Shown: positions 9,596 to 18,423 of the stretch, piece by piece
How the letters are laid out: the number at the start of each line of letters is the position of its first letter
How positions within the stretch are numbered: the stretch's first letter is position 1
Origin: an uncultured Gammaproteobacteria bacterium
Lineage (GTDB): Bacteria; Patescibacteriota; Microgenomatia; Levybacterales; GWA1-39-11
Length of the DNA stretch: 64,000 nt
NCBI GenBank assembly: GCA_964627245.1
Contig: CAZVGS010000002.1
Span: forward strand, 26,923-90,922
Direction of reading: 5' to 3'
The notes under the pieces: model-generated
The model's input: only the letters and a program-made list of their open reading frames with translations
Database searches by the model: none
What the model was told of the DNA's origin: nothing
Program-made: the position numbers and the translations under genes

Positions 9596-11130
9596 TAATC
9601 CATACATTAACCACTGAAGAGCTTAATGAGTTAAAGAAAAACCGCAAAGTCAGACGCACACTGGCAAAAAAGAGCCACTACTGGTTCTTTGCCATTTACT
9701 TGGGAGACTATATGGATTATTCATTTGCACCATTTCATCACGAAATGTTTTCGGTGAGTGAAGATCCAGGTTTATCGCTTGCCGTGATAGTTGCCTTCAG
9801 GGGATCAGGCAAATCAACGCTGTTCAGTTCGTCATATCCCATCTGGTCGATAATTGGAGCACAACAAAAGAAGTTCGTCTTGATTTTAGGTCAGACACAT
9901 AACCAAGCCCGACAACATTTAACCAATATTAAGCGGGAACTTGAAACAAACGACCTACTCAAAGCGGACATTGGACCATTTCAGGAATACAGTGATGAAT
10001 GGGGAGCAACCTCGATTGTTCTATCAAACTACGATGCCAAAATTGCTATTGCCTCAACTGAGCAAAGTATCCGAGGTATCAGACATGGTAAGTATAGGCC
10101 TGATCTGGTTATTTGTGACGATGTTGAAGACTTAAACAGCGTTAAGACAAAAGAAGGCAGAGACAAGATATTTAACTGGTTGACAGGTGAAGTAATGCCG
10201 ATTGGTGACCGGTACACCAAAACCATTATTATTGGAAACCTCCTTCATGAAGATTGTTTACTCATGAGGTTAAAAAACACTATTGATCAGGAACGGCTTG
10301 CTGGCAAATTTTTCGCCTACCCTCTCTTGACTGAAGATAATCAAATTACGTGGCTGGGGAAATTTCCTGATATGGTATCTATTGAAAAGCAAAAAGCATC
10401 CATTGCTTCGGATACTGCGTGGTACCGAGAATATTTGTTAAAAATTATCTCCGATGAAGATAGGCTGGTTAAACCCGAATGGATCCAGTATTATGACGAG
10501 CTACCTCAAGATTCTTCTAACAAGTTACGCTTTACGGCAACTGGCATTGATTTAGCCATTACTTTAAACGAATGGTCTGATTTTACTGCTATGGTATCAG
10601 CACACGTGTACGGCTACCGGGAGAAGCTTCGTGTATACATTCTTCCTAATCCGGTAAACGCAAAAATGGACTTTCCGATGACAGTGACAAAAGCGAAGGA
10701 TATATCTAAATCGCTGGGAAACGGTACCTATACCAAACTATATATTGAAGAAGTCGGTTATCAAAAAGCTCTTATCGATCAGCTTGTTGCACAAAATGTC
10801 CCAGCTGAACCGTTTAAAACCATGGGGCAAGATAAAAGAGCCAGACTTACTCTTGTTACCCATTTAATTCAGCAAGGAAAAGTATTATTTCCTCGACGTG
10901 GAGCAGAATCGTTAATCATGCAGCTAACGGGTTTTGGGATTGAAAAACAGGATGACCTGGCAGATGCGTTTTCTTTACTTTTATTGAAGATAATTGAGGA
11001 GGACAATAAATCAGGACCCAGTGTTACTATAATTTGTACCGGAAGTATTTATGATCAATACGACCCCATGAGAGGACTTTATCACGATTCCCTGGATAGA
11101 GATCCACTGACACTTAACTCGAGGTTTTAG
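9592..11130 (+). CDS. phage terminase large subunit
   Basis: Walker A FRGSGKST, Walker B VICDDVE, coupling motif IIGN, RNase H-like nuclease GIDLA...DFTA...DKRAR...DDLADA. Confidence 0.9.
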   Translation: MIIHTLTTEELNELKKNRKVRRTLAKKSHYWFFAIYLGDYMDYSFAPFHHEMFSVSEDPGLSLAVIVAFRGSGKSTLFSSSYPIWSIIGAQQKKFVLILGQTHNQARQHLTNIKRELETNDLLKADIGPFQEYSDEWGATSIVLSNYDAKIAIASTEQSIRGIRHGKYRPDLVICDDVEDLNSVKTKEGRDKIFNWLTGEVMPIGDRYTKTIIIGNLLHEDCLLMRLKNTIDQERLAGKFFAYPLLTEDNQITWLGKFPDMVSIEKQKASIASDTAWYREYLLKIISDEDRLVKPEWIQYYDELPQDSSNKLRFTATGIDLAITLNEWSDFTAMVSAHVYGYREKLRVYILPNPVNAKMDFPMTVTKAKDISKSLGNGTYTKLYIEEVGYQKALIDQLVAQNVPAEPFKTMGQDKRARLTLVTHLIQQGKVLFPRRGAESLIMQLTGFGIEKQDDLADAFSLLLLKIIEEDNKSGPSVTIICTGSIYDQYDPMRGLYHDSLDRDPLTLNSRF

Positions 11131-11177
11131 TCCATCTCCTTGACTTCACAAAGCCTTTGCGTCATTCCTTGTGTTGT

Positions 11178-12494
11178 ATGAAAAGGATGACAACCAAAGG
11201 AAAAACGAACGTAATCGAGTACTGCCTGTATGCGAGGAAATCTAGTGAATCAGACGAGCGTCAGGCAATGTCAATCGACTCGCAAATTAAGGAGATGCAG
11301 ATCGTTGCCAAACGGGAAGAACTAGAAGTCAAGGAAATTCGGGAAGAAAGCCACTCAGCTAAACTATCAGGGCAACGGCCGGTATTTAATCAACTTTTGA
11401 TAGACATTGAACAAGGAGAATTTGGAGGCATCTTAACTTGGGCACCAGACAGGCTAAGTAGAAACGCAGGTGATTTAGGAAAACTGGTTGATTTAATGGA
11501 TCAGGAAAAGCTCAAACAGATCAAAACCTACTCACAAACATTTTCCAATAATCCTAATGAGAAGTTTCTACTGATGATTCTCTGCTCTCAAGCTAAGCTG
11601 GAAAATGATAACCGAGGCTTAAATGTAAAGAGAGGGCTTCGAGCAAAATGCGAAATGGGATGGCGACCAGGAGTTGCACCAATCGGTTACAAAAACGTGA
11701 TGGCAAATAATCGAATAAGTGAAATAGTTTTAGATGAAGAACGAGCCTCAATTATTAGGCAGATATTTGAACGAGTTGCCGAAAAAGGACACTCAGGTCG
11801 AACAATCAAACAATGGTTAGATCGAATCGGATTTAGGACAAAAAATGATAAACCGCTGGCATTAAGCAAGATTTACTCTACTCTTAACAATCCCTTTTAC
11901 TGCGGCTCATTTGAATTTAACGGGGTGAAATATAAAGGAAATCATCCGGCAATTGTTACTAAAGCGATATTTGATAAAGCACAACAACAACTAGCCGTAC
12001 CACCCAAGGAATGGCACAAGAAAGTATTTCCTTTCAAAACTTTGTGCACTTGCGGCTCCTGCGGAGGAGGAGTAACAGCTGAAGAGAAATACAAAAAACT
12101 CAAATACGGTGGATTTACCAAACACGTTTATTATCACTGCGGAAGATCGGTTGATTACGAATGTGACGAACCATATATCACTGAGGAGGATTTAATCCAA
12201 CAATTAATCGGCCATATCAACAACATTAAAATCAACGAAAAATTAATCACTACCAGATTAAAATCCGAGATTGAACGCTTCCATGCTTTACGATCCCAAG
12301 TACTTCATCAGGAATACCTTGATGGGAACTTAAACCAATTTGACTACCCAGAAAAAGATCCTATTCCATCAGATACTGCAAAAGCATACCTGCTGCATGT
12401 ACTAAAAGCTGGGACTTCAGAAGAACGGCAATTAATACTCTCCGCAATCAAGACCAAATTCATCCTCACCCATAGGGAATTGAGAATAAAGTAA
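11178..12494 (+). CDS. large serine recombinase
   Basis: YARKSS catalytic motif, DRLSRN, recombinase domain and Zn ribbon CTCGSCG...YYHC. ATG at 11178 preferred over the TTG in the track. Confidence 0.92.
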   Translation: MKRMTTKGKTNVIEYCLYARKSSESDERQAMSIDSQIKEMQIVAKREELEVKEIREESHSAKLSGQRPVFNQLLIDIEQGEFGGILTWAPDRLSRNAGDLGKLVDLMDQEKLKQIKTYSQTFSNNPNEKFLLMILCSQAKLENDNRGLNVKRGLRAKCEMGWRPGVAPIGYKNVMANNRISEIVLDEERASIIRQIFERVAEKGHSGRTIKQWLDRIGFRTKNDKPLALSKIYSTLNNPFYCGSFEFNGVKYKGNHPAIVTKAIFDKAQQQLAVPPKEWHKKVFPFKTLCTCGSCGGGVTAEEKYKKLKYGGFTKHVYYHCGRSVDYECDEPYITEEDLIQQLIGHINNIKINEKLITTRLKSEIERFHALRSQVLHQEYLDGNLNQFDYPEKDPIPSDTAKAYLLHVLKAGTSEERQLILSAIKTKFILTHRELRIK

Positions 12495-12714
12495 TCCTCT
12501 TAACACTTCTTACAGGATATATAAAATAAAACTGGTTCAAGGTAGTTTTTAGTGGTTTTAGAAGAAAAACAGGAGCAAATCGAGGTTTTGCAGGTTTAAC
12601 AGTTTTTCTCTTCTCCAGGCTGCAAAACTGAAAAATGTCCAAAACGAGCTAAATTAGCAAGCCCCATTGGGCAATTCTCGCATAGCCTATGGGTCTACTA
12701 GAACTATAGGAATT

Positions 12715-12805
12715 TGGCGGAGGAGGGGGGATTCGAACCCCCGATACCCTTACGGGCATACACACTTTCCAAGCGTGCGCACTAGACCAACTATGCGACC
12801 CCTCC
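12715..12805 (-). tRNA. tRNA-Ser(GGA), CCA encoded
   Basis: Acceptor GGAGGGG/CTCCTCC, anticodon loop TTGGAAA, long variable arm, GGGGG-TTCGAAT-CCCCC. Confidence 0.95.
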
Positions 12806-12808
12806 ATT

Positions 12809-12843
12809 CATTAGCCATTAGACATTAGCCATTAGACATTAGC
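12809..12843. repeat. five tandem heptamers CATTAG(C/A)
   Basis: cattagc cattaga cattagc cattaga cattagc, overlapping the NUDIX stop codon. Confidence 0.85.
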
Positions 12844-13262
12844 TTCATAATTATCGGTAAGGCTTTCTCGTAAACTTTTTTATCGGCATTGAAAGTGAGT
12901 CTTTCAATGACCTTATCTTTCTTAACCCACTCGACATTCTCCATTTCAAAATCGTGTTTCGTAATATCCCCGCCTATAAATTTCATTAAGTAATAATACA
13001 CTGTTTTTTTAACCTTTTCTCCTTCAAAAACGTACCAATAAGTAACGGGCTCTAGTTCTTCCAATATTTTTCCTCTCGCGCCCGTTTCTTCCTCAACCTC
13101 TCTTAAGGCTGTCTCTTCCTTTGTTTCTTTTTCCTTCTTGTCTCCTATAAGACCTTTAGGAAATCCCCAGCCATGGTGCTGGGAATGCTGGCACAACAGA
13201 ATATCAATTCCGTTACTTGTTTTATTAAAAACAACCCCGCCTGCTGAAAATTCAAATCTCAT
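12825..13262 (-). CDS. NUDIX hydrolase
   Basis: FPKG...ETALREVEEETG Nudix box. The true start is MRFEFSAGG; the track extension reads through two tRNAs. Confidence 0.9.
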   Translation of the reverse strand: MRFEFSAGGVVFNKTSNGIDILLCQHSQHHGWGFPKGLIGDKKEKETKEETALREVEEETGARGKILEELEPVTYWYVFEGEKVKKTVYYYLMKFIGGDITKHDFEMENVEWVKKDKVIERLTFNADKKVYEKALPIIMKLMSNG

Positions 13263-13283
13263 AATTTTTACACTCTTACCCTG

Positions 13284-13368
13284 CGGAGGGTACAGGATTT
13301 GAACCTGTGAATCCGCGAACGGATCGAGTTTTCGAAACTCGTGCAATTGGCCACTATGCGAACCCTCC
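13284..13368 (-). tRNA. tRNA-Ser(CGA)
   Basis: GGAGGGT/ACCCTCC acceptor, CGAGT-TTCGAAA-ACTCG anticodon arm, long variable arm. Confidence 0.95.
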
Positions 13369-13381
13369 AATATACTTTTTG

Positions 13382-13454
13382 CGCACCCGAATGGGGTCGA
13401 ACCATCAACCTCTGGATCCGCAATCCAGTGCTCTATCCATTGAGCTACGGGTGC
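13382..13454 (-). tRNA. tRNA-Arg(GCG)
   Basis: GCACCCG/CGGGTGC acceptor, CTGGA-TTGCGGA-TCCAG anticodon arm. Confidence 0.93.
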
Positions 13455-13517
13455 AAACACGCAAGCTATGCTATTGAAGCCTAGGGTAGTATTATATCAG
13501 TTTTTGAGGCAAAAAAA

Positions 13518-14045
13518 TTATCTCTCCAGAGGAAAAGTCTTTGCTAGCCAATCACTGCTTTTTTCCATAAAGGTTGGCTTCATAACTTCACGGTATGGTA
13601 TATATCCTGCCATTACTCTTCTAACATGGTCTGATGGTACATCTCCAAGCGTAATTTTGAGCTCACCCGGAATAATACTTTTCGTTCTTATAATAAGAAC
13701 TTCCATTCCGTCCATCTTCTTGAAATAAAAGTCATAAAGTTCTTTCCAAATAAAAAAATGGTCCTCTATTTTTACTCCCTGATTGCTTATTCTATAGTGA
13801 AAATTTTGAGGAGGGGTTGAGCCTAGCGCAACTGAAAAAAAATAAAGCGCCAAAACAACAAACATTAAAAGATATTCAGAAAATACAAACAAGATTATAT
13901 CTATTAAAAAAACCAACATAAGACCTGTTACATAAAACTCTCTGCTTTTTTTCCTGTAGGGTCTGCCCGGCGCTGACCAGGAAATTAGTGTTTTTATATC
14001 TGAATAATGGTGTTTATATGATTGATTGTCGTTGGAATGTTCCAT
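13518..14045 (-). CDS. hypothetical membrane protein (two TM plus PH-like domain)
   Basis: 175 aa; TM hairpin followed by YRISNQGVKIEDHFFIW, a PH-like pattern. Confidence 0.6.
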   Translation of the reverse strand: MEHSNDNQSYKHHYSDIKTLISWSAPGRPYRKKSREFYVTGLMLVFLIDIILFVFSEYLLMFVVLALYFFSVALGSTPPQNFHYRISNQGVKIEDHFFIWKELYDFYFKKMDGMEVLIIRTKSIIPGELKITLGDVPSDHVRRVMAGYIPYREVMKPTFMEKSSDWLAKTFPLER

Positions 14046-14086
14046 AGTTACACTATGGCAAAATTGAGGCGGAAAATCAACTCAAA

Positions 14087-14953
14087 TTAAAGCTCTTGAA
14101 GAGATGTGCCTTCACCAGACTTGTAGTCCCGGACATACTGAAGATAGCGCTCTGTTGAAGATAATCTTTTGTGTCCCAATACTTTCGAAAGAAAAACCAA
14201 AGAAATTCCATTTTTGAGGTGGTGCGCTACAAAAGTATGTCTTAGGTCATTGATCTTAACTTTTTCTATTCCTGCCTTTTTGAAATATCTCTCAACAGCA
14301 TCTCTTATGTTCCTGACTAAAAATGGCCTTCCCGTCTTGGTCACAAACACGTGTTGGTCTTCAGAATTAACTCTGCTTTCCATATATCTTTTTAATGCTT
14401 CCTTTGCGCGTCTATTAAGAGGCACTTCGCGTGCTTCATGGCCCTCATACGGCCTTATGTGAAGTGTGTTGTCGTTGATATCATCAACCCGAAGATTTGC
14501 AAGCTCACCAATTCTAATTCCTGTTTGAAGCAAAACTTCAATTATGGCGTAAATTCTAGGATCAACTGAAGCCGCATCTCTTAATGCTCTGTATTCTAGA
14601 GGCGACAACATCCTTGGTGGATTCAATTCATACTTGGGATGCTCTACTAAAAGTGATGGATCATCAGTGATTAATTCATTTACCTTAAGATATCTGTAAA
14701 AAGTTCTTGTTGAGTTGAGCTTTCTTGAGAGGGATTTAGGCGTATAACCTTCATCTTTGAGTTTGGTTAAAAAAGCCTGAATATCATCTCCACCGATTTC
14801 ATGAACATGGTTTTTCTCCAGCGACTCGAGGAATTCAATCAATTGCTGAATATCTTTACCATATGCTAATATGGTCGCAGATGCCCTATTCTTTGATTTT
14901 AGAAAGTCCTGGAACTTTCCGTGCGCATCTCGTAGCTTTAATTCTGTTGCCAT
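14087..14953 (-). CDS. XerC/XerD-like tyrosine recombinase
   Basis: N-terminal SAM-like domain (TILAY), GIRIGE, LRHTF, LGH, TERY. Confidence 0.85.
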   Translation of the reverse strand: MATELKLRDAHGKFQDFLKSKNRASATILAYGKDIQQLIEFLESLEKNHVHEIGGDDIQAFLTKLKDEGYTPKSLSRKLNSTRTFYRYLKVNELITDDPSLLVEHPKYELNPPRMLSPLEYRALRDAASVDPRIYAIIEVLLQTGIRIGELANLRVDDINDNTLHIRPYEGHEAREVPLNRRAKEALKRYMESRVNSEDQHVFVTKTGRPFLVRNIRDAVERYFKKAGIEKVKINDLRHTFVAHHLKNGISLVFLSKVLGHKRLSSTERYLQYVRDYKSGEGTSLQEL

Positions 14954-15048
14954 AAAAAGTTTATAATAAGCTATAACAAAACAATAAATCTATAATTTGG
15001 AAGTTTTAGCTTATCTTAAATTAATTTGAGCCTATAATATCAGTAAAA

Positions 15049-15408
15049 ATGCGCTTTGTCAACACAAAAACATTTATTCTTCTGGGAATTATAATAATAC
15101 TTCTCCTCCTTATCAAGAATATTGTGAGTTCAATCCTCTCTTTGAGGCAAAACAGTCATATAGTAACAACTCTGCGTCAACAGGAAGTAGCGGAAAAGCA
15201 AAAAAGGGAATTCTTAAAACAACAGTTATATTTTTCTAATACACCCGAATTTATTGAAAATCAGGCAAGGGAAAAATTGGGAATGGTAAAACCGGGTGAA
15301 TACGTTGTACTTGCCCCTCCTCCAAAGATTGAGGAAAAAAAGAAAGTTGCACTTGCCTCTCCTCCAAATTGGAAAAAATGGTGGAACCTCTTTTTCCAAG
15401 ACAAATAA
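15049..15408 (+). CDS. septum formation initiator family protein (FtsB/DivIC-like)
   Basis: TM helix, coiled coil and FIENQAREKLGMVKPGE motif. Confidence 0.85.
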   Translation: MRFVNTKTFILLGIIIILLLLIKNIVSSILSLRQNSHIVTTLRQQEVAEKQKREFLKQQLYFSNTPEFIENQAREKLGMVKPGEYVVLAPPPKIEEKKKVALASPPNWKKWWNLFFQDK

Positions 15409-15470
15409 GCTTTTTCAAATCCTTGCTGAGAGGTAAACGAAACTTGCCCCCCACACTAAGCCTAAACGTG

Positions 15471-15540
15471 TTGCGGGGTAAGGAGTTGAACCTTATCTGC
15501 AAGATTATGAGCCTCGCGTGCAGCCGTACACTACCCCGCG
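15471..15540 (-). tRNA. initiator tRNA-fMet(CAT), divergent
   Basis: CGCGGGG/CCCCGCA-A acceptor with C1xA72 mismatch, CTCATAA loop, TAAGG-TTCAACT-CCTTA; 70 nt. Confidence 0.85.
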
Positions 15541-15631
15541 GTGTGTAAGGTATTTATTATAACTTTTTCCAGCCTCAATTACAAGCTGCGCTGCTTGTTT
15601 TCTACGTCTCTTTCTAGTAAAATATCTTGTT

Positions 15632-16351
15632 ATGAAAAGAGAGTCACTAAAAGTTGAGAAAAGAGAAGTTGTCGGAAAAAAAGTTAAACATTTGAGGCGG
15701 AATGGCATTCTTCCTGCAAATATGTTTGGTAAGGGGGTTAAATCACAGTCTCTGCAACTTGCCCTAAAAGATTTTGAAGAAATCTACAAAAAAGTTCACG
15801 AAACAGGTCTTGTTGATCTATCTATAGGAAGTGAAGTGCATCCTATTTTGATACAAAATGTACAAATTCACCCGATTACCCATACTCCAATTCATGCCGA
15901 CTTTTTTAAGGTAAATCTAAAAGAAAAGGTGAGGGCATCCATTCCGATAATTGCTGTTGGGGAACCCAAGGCTGTTAGTGAGAAAATCGGAGTTCTTCTT
16001 CAACCCCTTTCTGAAGTAGAGGTTGAAGCTCTACCTGCCGACTTGCCTGAGAATTTGGAAATCAATGTAGAAAAGCTTGTAGCAATTGATGACAACCTTA
16101 CAATTGCCGACCTCAAGGCACCTAACGGCGTTGAAATATTGGCAGAACCTCACGAAATGATCTTTAGAATCGATGAACTCGTATCTGAAGCGGCGGAAGA
16201 GCTTGCAGCCGAAGAAGAAGCGGAAGCTCAAGCAGCATCAGAGGAAAGTGAGAGTGAAGGAAAAGAGGGCGCGTCAAATGAGTCCAGCGGAGAAGGTGGA
16301 GAAAAAGGAGAAAGCAACACTTCGGAAGACAAAGATAAAGCTTCCGAATAA
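15632..16351 (+). CDS. rplY: 50S ribosomal protein L25 (Ctc type)
   Basis: LRRNGILPA, HPIT...HADF motifs and an acidic tail. Confidence 0.95.
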   Translation: MKRESLKVEKREVVGKKVKHLRRNGILPANMFGKGVKSQSLQLALKDFEEIYKKVHETGLVDLSIGSEVHPILIQNVQIHPITHTPIHADFFKVNLKEKVRASIPIIAVGEPKAVSEKIGVLLQPLSEVEVEALPADLPENLEINVEKLVAIDDNLTIADLKAPNGVEILAEPHEMIFRIDELVSEAAEELAAEEEAEAQAASEESESEGKEGASNESSGEGGEKGESNTSEDKDKASE

Positions 16352-16741
16352 TCAACCCTTAAGCATTTCATTCTTTAATTTAACGGCATCTTCAAATAAT
16401 GGATCTATTCTTAAAGCTTTTTCAACGTAATCCAGTGCTTCCAATTTATATCCGGCGTTAAATGCACTCAATGATGTATTGTATAAGATGTCAGGGACAT
16501 TGGGGAATTGACTGATGACACTTTTCCAGTACTCATACTTCTTAGCTTTGTTTTCATGAATTGCTAGCGCATTACCGTATCCATTTGTCAGAATGACTAA
16601 TAATTGAAGCTGAAAAAGCGCAAAAAGTATCAAAACAGCTAGTAAAAAATTCCTCAAGTGATAGGCAAGAGACGAGGCCTTTATATATTTTTTATATTTC
16701 TTCGGAAATATCGCGGTAATAATTCGGGAATTAATTTTCAT
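16352..16741 (-). CDS. membrane protein with C-terminal TPR-like repeat
   Basis: One TM helix, then ALDYVEKALRIDP. Confidence 0.6.
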   Translation of the reverse strand: MKINSRIITAIFPKKYKKYIKASSLAYHLRNFLLAVLILFALFQLQLLVILTNGYGNALAIHENKAKKYEYWKSVISQFPNVPDILYNTSLSAFNAGYKLEALDYVEKALRIDPLFEDAVKLKNEMLKG

Positions 16742-16786
16742 ACTAAATTTTATGGCTTTACCCGCTAAAGTTCAAGTCCTCATTAC

Positions 16787-17023
16787 TTAGAAGAAGAAAA
16801 GAAGAATTGTTGAAACAAACAGAAAGGCGACTGAAAGAAGCATTTGAAGCGACATTGCAAGATTTACGCTTCCAGGAAAACTTATACTTAACTTTCTTTC
16901 CATTTTTCTCGCCTCTTTAGTATGAAAATAATTGACTGCAACAATTGCGCAAGCCCCGATTAGCACTATTGCCTTAAATGAGGTTGTTATCATCGGTATT
17001 ATGTTAGTTGGCAGTATATCCAT
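16787..17023 (-). CDS. small hypothetical membrane protein
   Basis: 78 aa, two hydrophobic helices, overlaps the upstream gene. Confidence 0.55.
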   Translation of the reverse strand: MDILPTNIIPMITTSFKAIVLIGACAIVAVNYFHTKEARKMERKLSISFPGSVNLAMSLQMLLSVAFLFVSTILLFFF

Positions 17024-17663
17024 AGCCTACATCTCCTAAAAATTTGTATTTGTTAGGCTTTAGTTCTTTTTCTTTTAACCAAAGCTGTTGTGAGTATTTC
17101 TGCACTGTCTGCGGGCTCTGATGAATTTGCGCTGAAAGAAGATTTGCAATTTTTCTTGGAGATCTTATGTCTTTAATTATAAATTCTTCCTTGTGTGTTG
17201 GTCTATCAAAGGTCAACTCAACATTGCCTATCCCTATTAGCTCAGGGATTAATCCATACATCTCAACGTCAATTTCAGTGCATCTTATCTGATCCAGTAA
17301 CACGGAATTAATTGCTTCTGAGACCAACGGGCTGTAATGCACCTCAATAATCTGCTTGTTTGTTGCAATATATAGATGGAAACTCCAATGGATTAAATCC
17401 CTAAGCGAAGCTATGCTTCCAATTAAAACAACGAGAAAAAAAGTGCTAAATGCGAGACTAATGCTGTTAAGTGCCAGTAGGAGTGCCGAAGAAATAATTA
17501 CCGCAATAAGAAGTGAGACGAAAGTTTTTTGAATGAGCCGCACAACAAGAGGCAGCCAATGTTCGCGGGTTGCAAATATCAACTCTTCATCTTCGAAAAG
17601 CTTGAACTTTTCAATTTGCGAGTCGTTAAGTCTGTCTCTTAGAAAAAATTCCTTAAATTTCAT
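17004..17663 (-). CDS. bacterial PH-domain membrane protein
   Basis: REHW, two TM helices, YIATNKQII, GIGNV and IRSP patterns typical of bPH proteins. Confidence 0.7.
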   Translation of the reverse strand: MKFKEFFLRDRLNDSQIEKFKLFEDEELIFATREHWLPLVVRLIQKTFVSLLIAVIISSALLLALNSISLAFSTFFLVVLIGSIASLRDLIHWSFHLYIATNKQIIEVHYSPLVSEAINSVLLDQIRCTEIDVEMYGLIPELIGIGNVELTFDRPTHKEEFIIKDIRSPRKIANLLSAQIHQSPQTVQKYSQQLWLKEKELKPNKYKFLGDVGYGYTAN

Positions 17664-17698
17664 GTTAGCTTATACTAGCTGTATATGATTGTTGGTTC

Positions 17699-17737
17699 AG
17701 TAAGTATTCTTACAGCAAAACTGTGAGCTTGCTAACA
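17699..17737. promoter_or_regulatory. two Crp/Fnr-type boxes
   Basis: AGTAA-N6-TTACA (17699-17714) and TGTGA-N6-TAACA (17722-17737) upstream of the Crp-family gene. Confidence 0.5.
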
Positions 17738-17770
17738 CTTTTTACAACTGCTATACTCCTTTCAAGGAGA

Positions 17771-18421
17771 ATGGAGCAATTCCCAAGCCAAAAACTCAAA
17801 AGGTTTTTTGCTACCTCAAGACCAATTTTTTATAAAAAGGGTCAAATTGTGCTCAGAATCGGTGAAACGGGATCTGCTTTTTACGTAAAAAACGGCTATA
17901 TTAAAGACTCAAGCGTATCATCAGATGGCAGGGAGTTTACTCTTTTTATTTTCAAGCCCGGTGATCTTTTTTCATACAACTGGATTTATAACAAAATTCC
18001 GAATGTACATTCTTTTAAGGCAATGACCGATTGCGTAGTATACGAAAAAACACGAGAAAACCTGCTTCTTTTTCTTGAAGAAAATCCCGATGTTCAATTT
18101 ATGATTTCTCAAAATATTGTCATAAGACTAAGGGGTCTAATGCAAAGAATAGAACACATGGCATTCGGTACCGCTTCTCAAAAAGTTAGTTCAATTTTTG
18201 CAATACTTGCTGAAAGATTTGGAAAAATTGGCCCAAAAGGAATAAGCATTTCACTAACCCTAACCCAACAGGATATTTCTGAATTGATAGGCATAAGCCG
18301 CGAAACAACAAGCATTGAGATAAAAAAACTCATGAATGAAGGGCTTGTCAAAAGAGCATCAAGAAACTATATTGTTAAAAGCATTGAAAAGCTTCAGGAC
18401 AGAGCTAATTTAATGTCTTAA
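17771..18421 (+). CDS. Crp/Fnr family transcriptional regulator
   Basis: cNMP-binding beta-roll and HTH LTQQDISELIGISRETTS. ATG at 17771 follows AAGGAG. Confidence 0.92.
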   Translation: MEQFPSQKLKRFFATSRPIFYKKGQIVLRIGETGSAFYVKNGYIKDSSVSSDGREFTLFIFKPGDLFSYNWIYNKIPNVHSFKAMTDCVVYEKTRENLLLFLEENPDVQFMISQNIVIRLRGLMQRIEHMAFGTASQKVSSIFAILAERFGKIGPKGISISLTLTQQDISELIGISRETTSIEIKKLMNEGLVKRASRNYIVKSIEKLQDRANLMS

Positions 18422-18423
18422 TT

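Larger units (their letters stand above)
189..12722. mobile_element. genomic island 1 integrated at tRNA-Ser(GGA): surface protein cargo, methyltransferases, terminases, serine recombinase
   Basis: Bounded by a direct repeat of the tRNA 3' end, recombinase next to the tRNA, all genes on one strand. Confidence 0.75.

Noticed and set aside
7082-11130. Complete prophage call
   Set aside because: No portal, capsid, tail, lysis or replication genes between the att repeats.
13263-13460. N-terminal extension of the NUDIX ORF
   Set aside because: It is translated tRNA-Arg and tRNA-Ser sequence.
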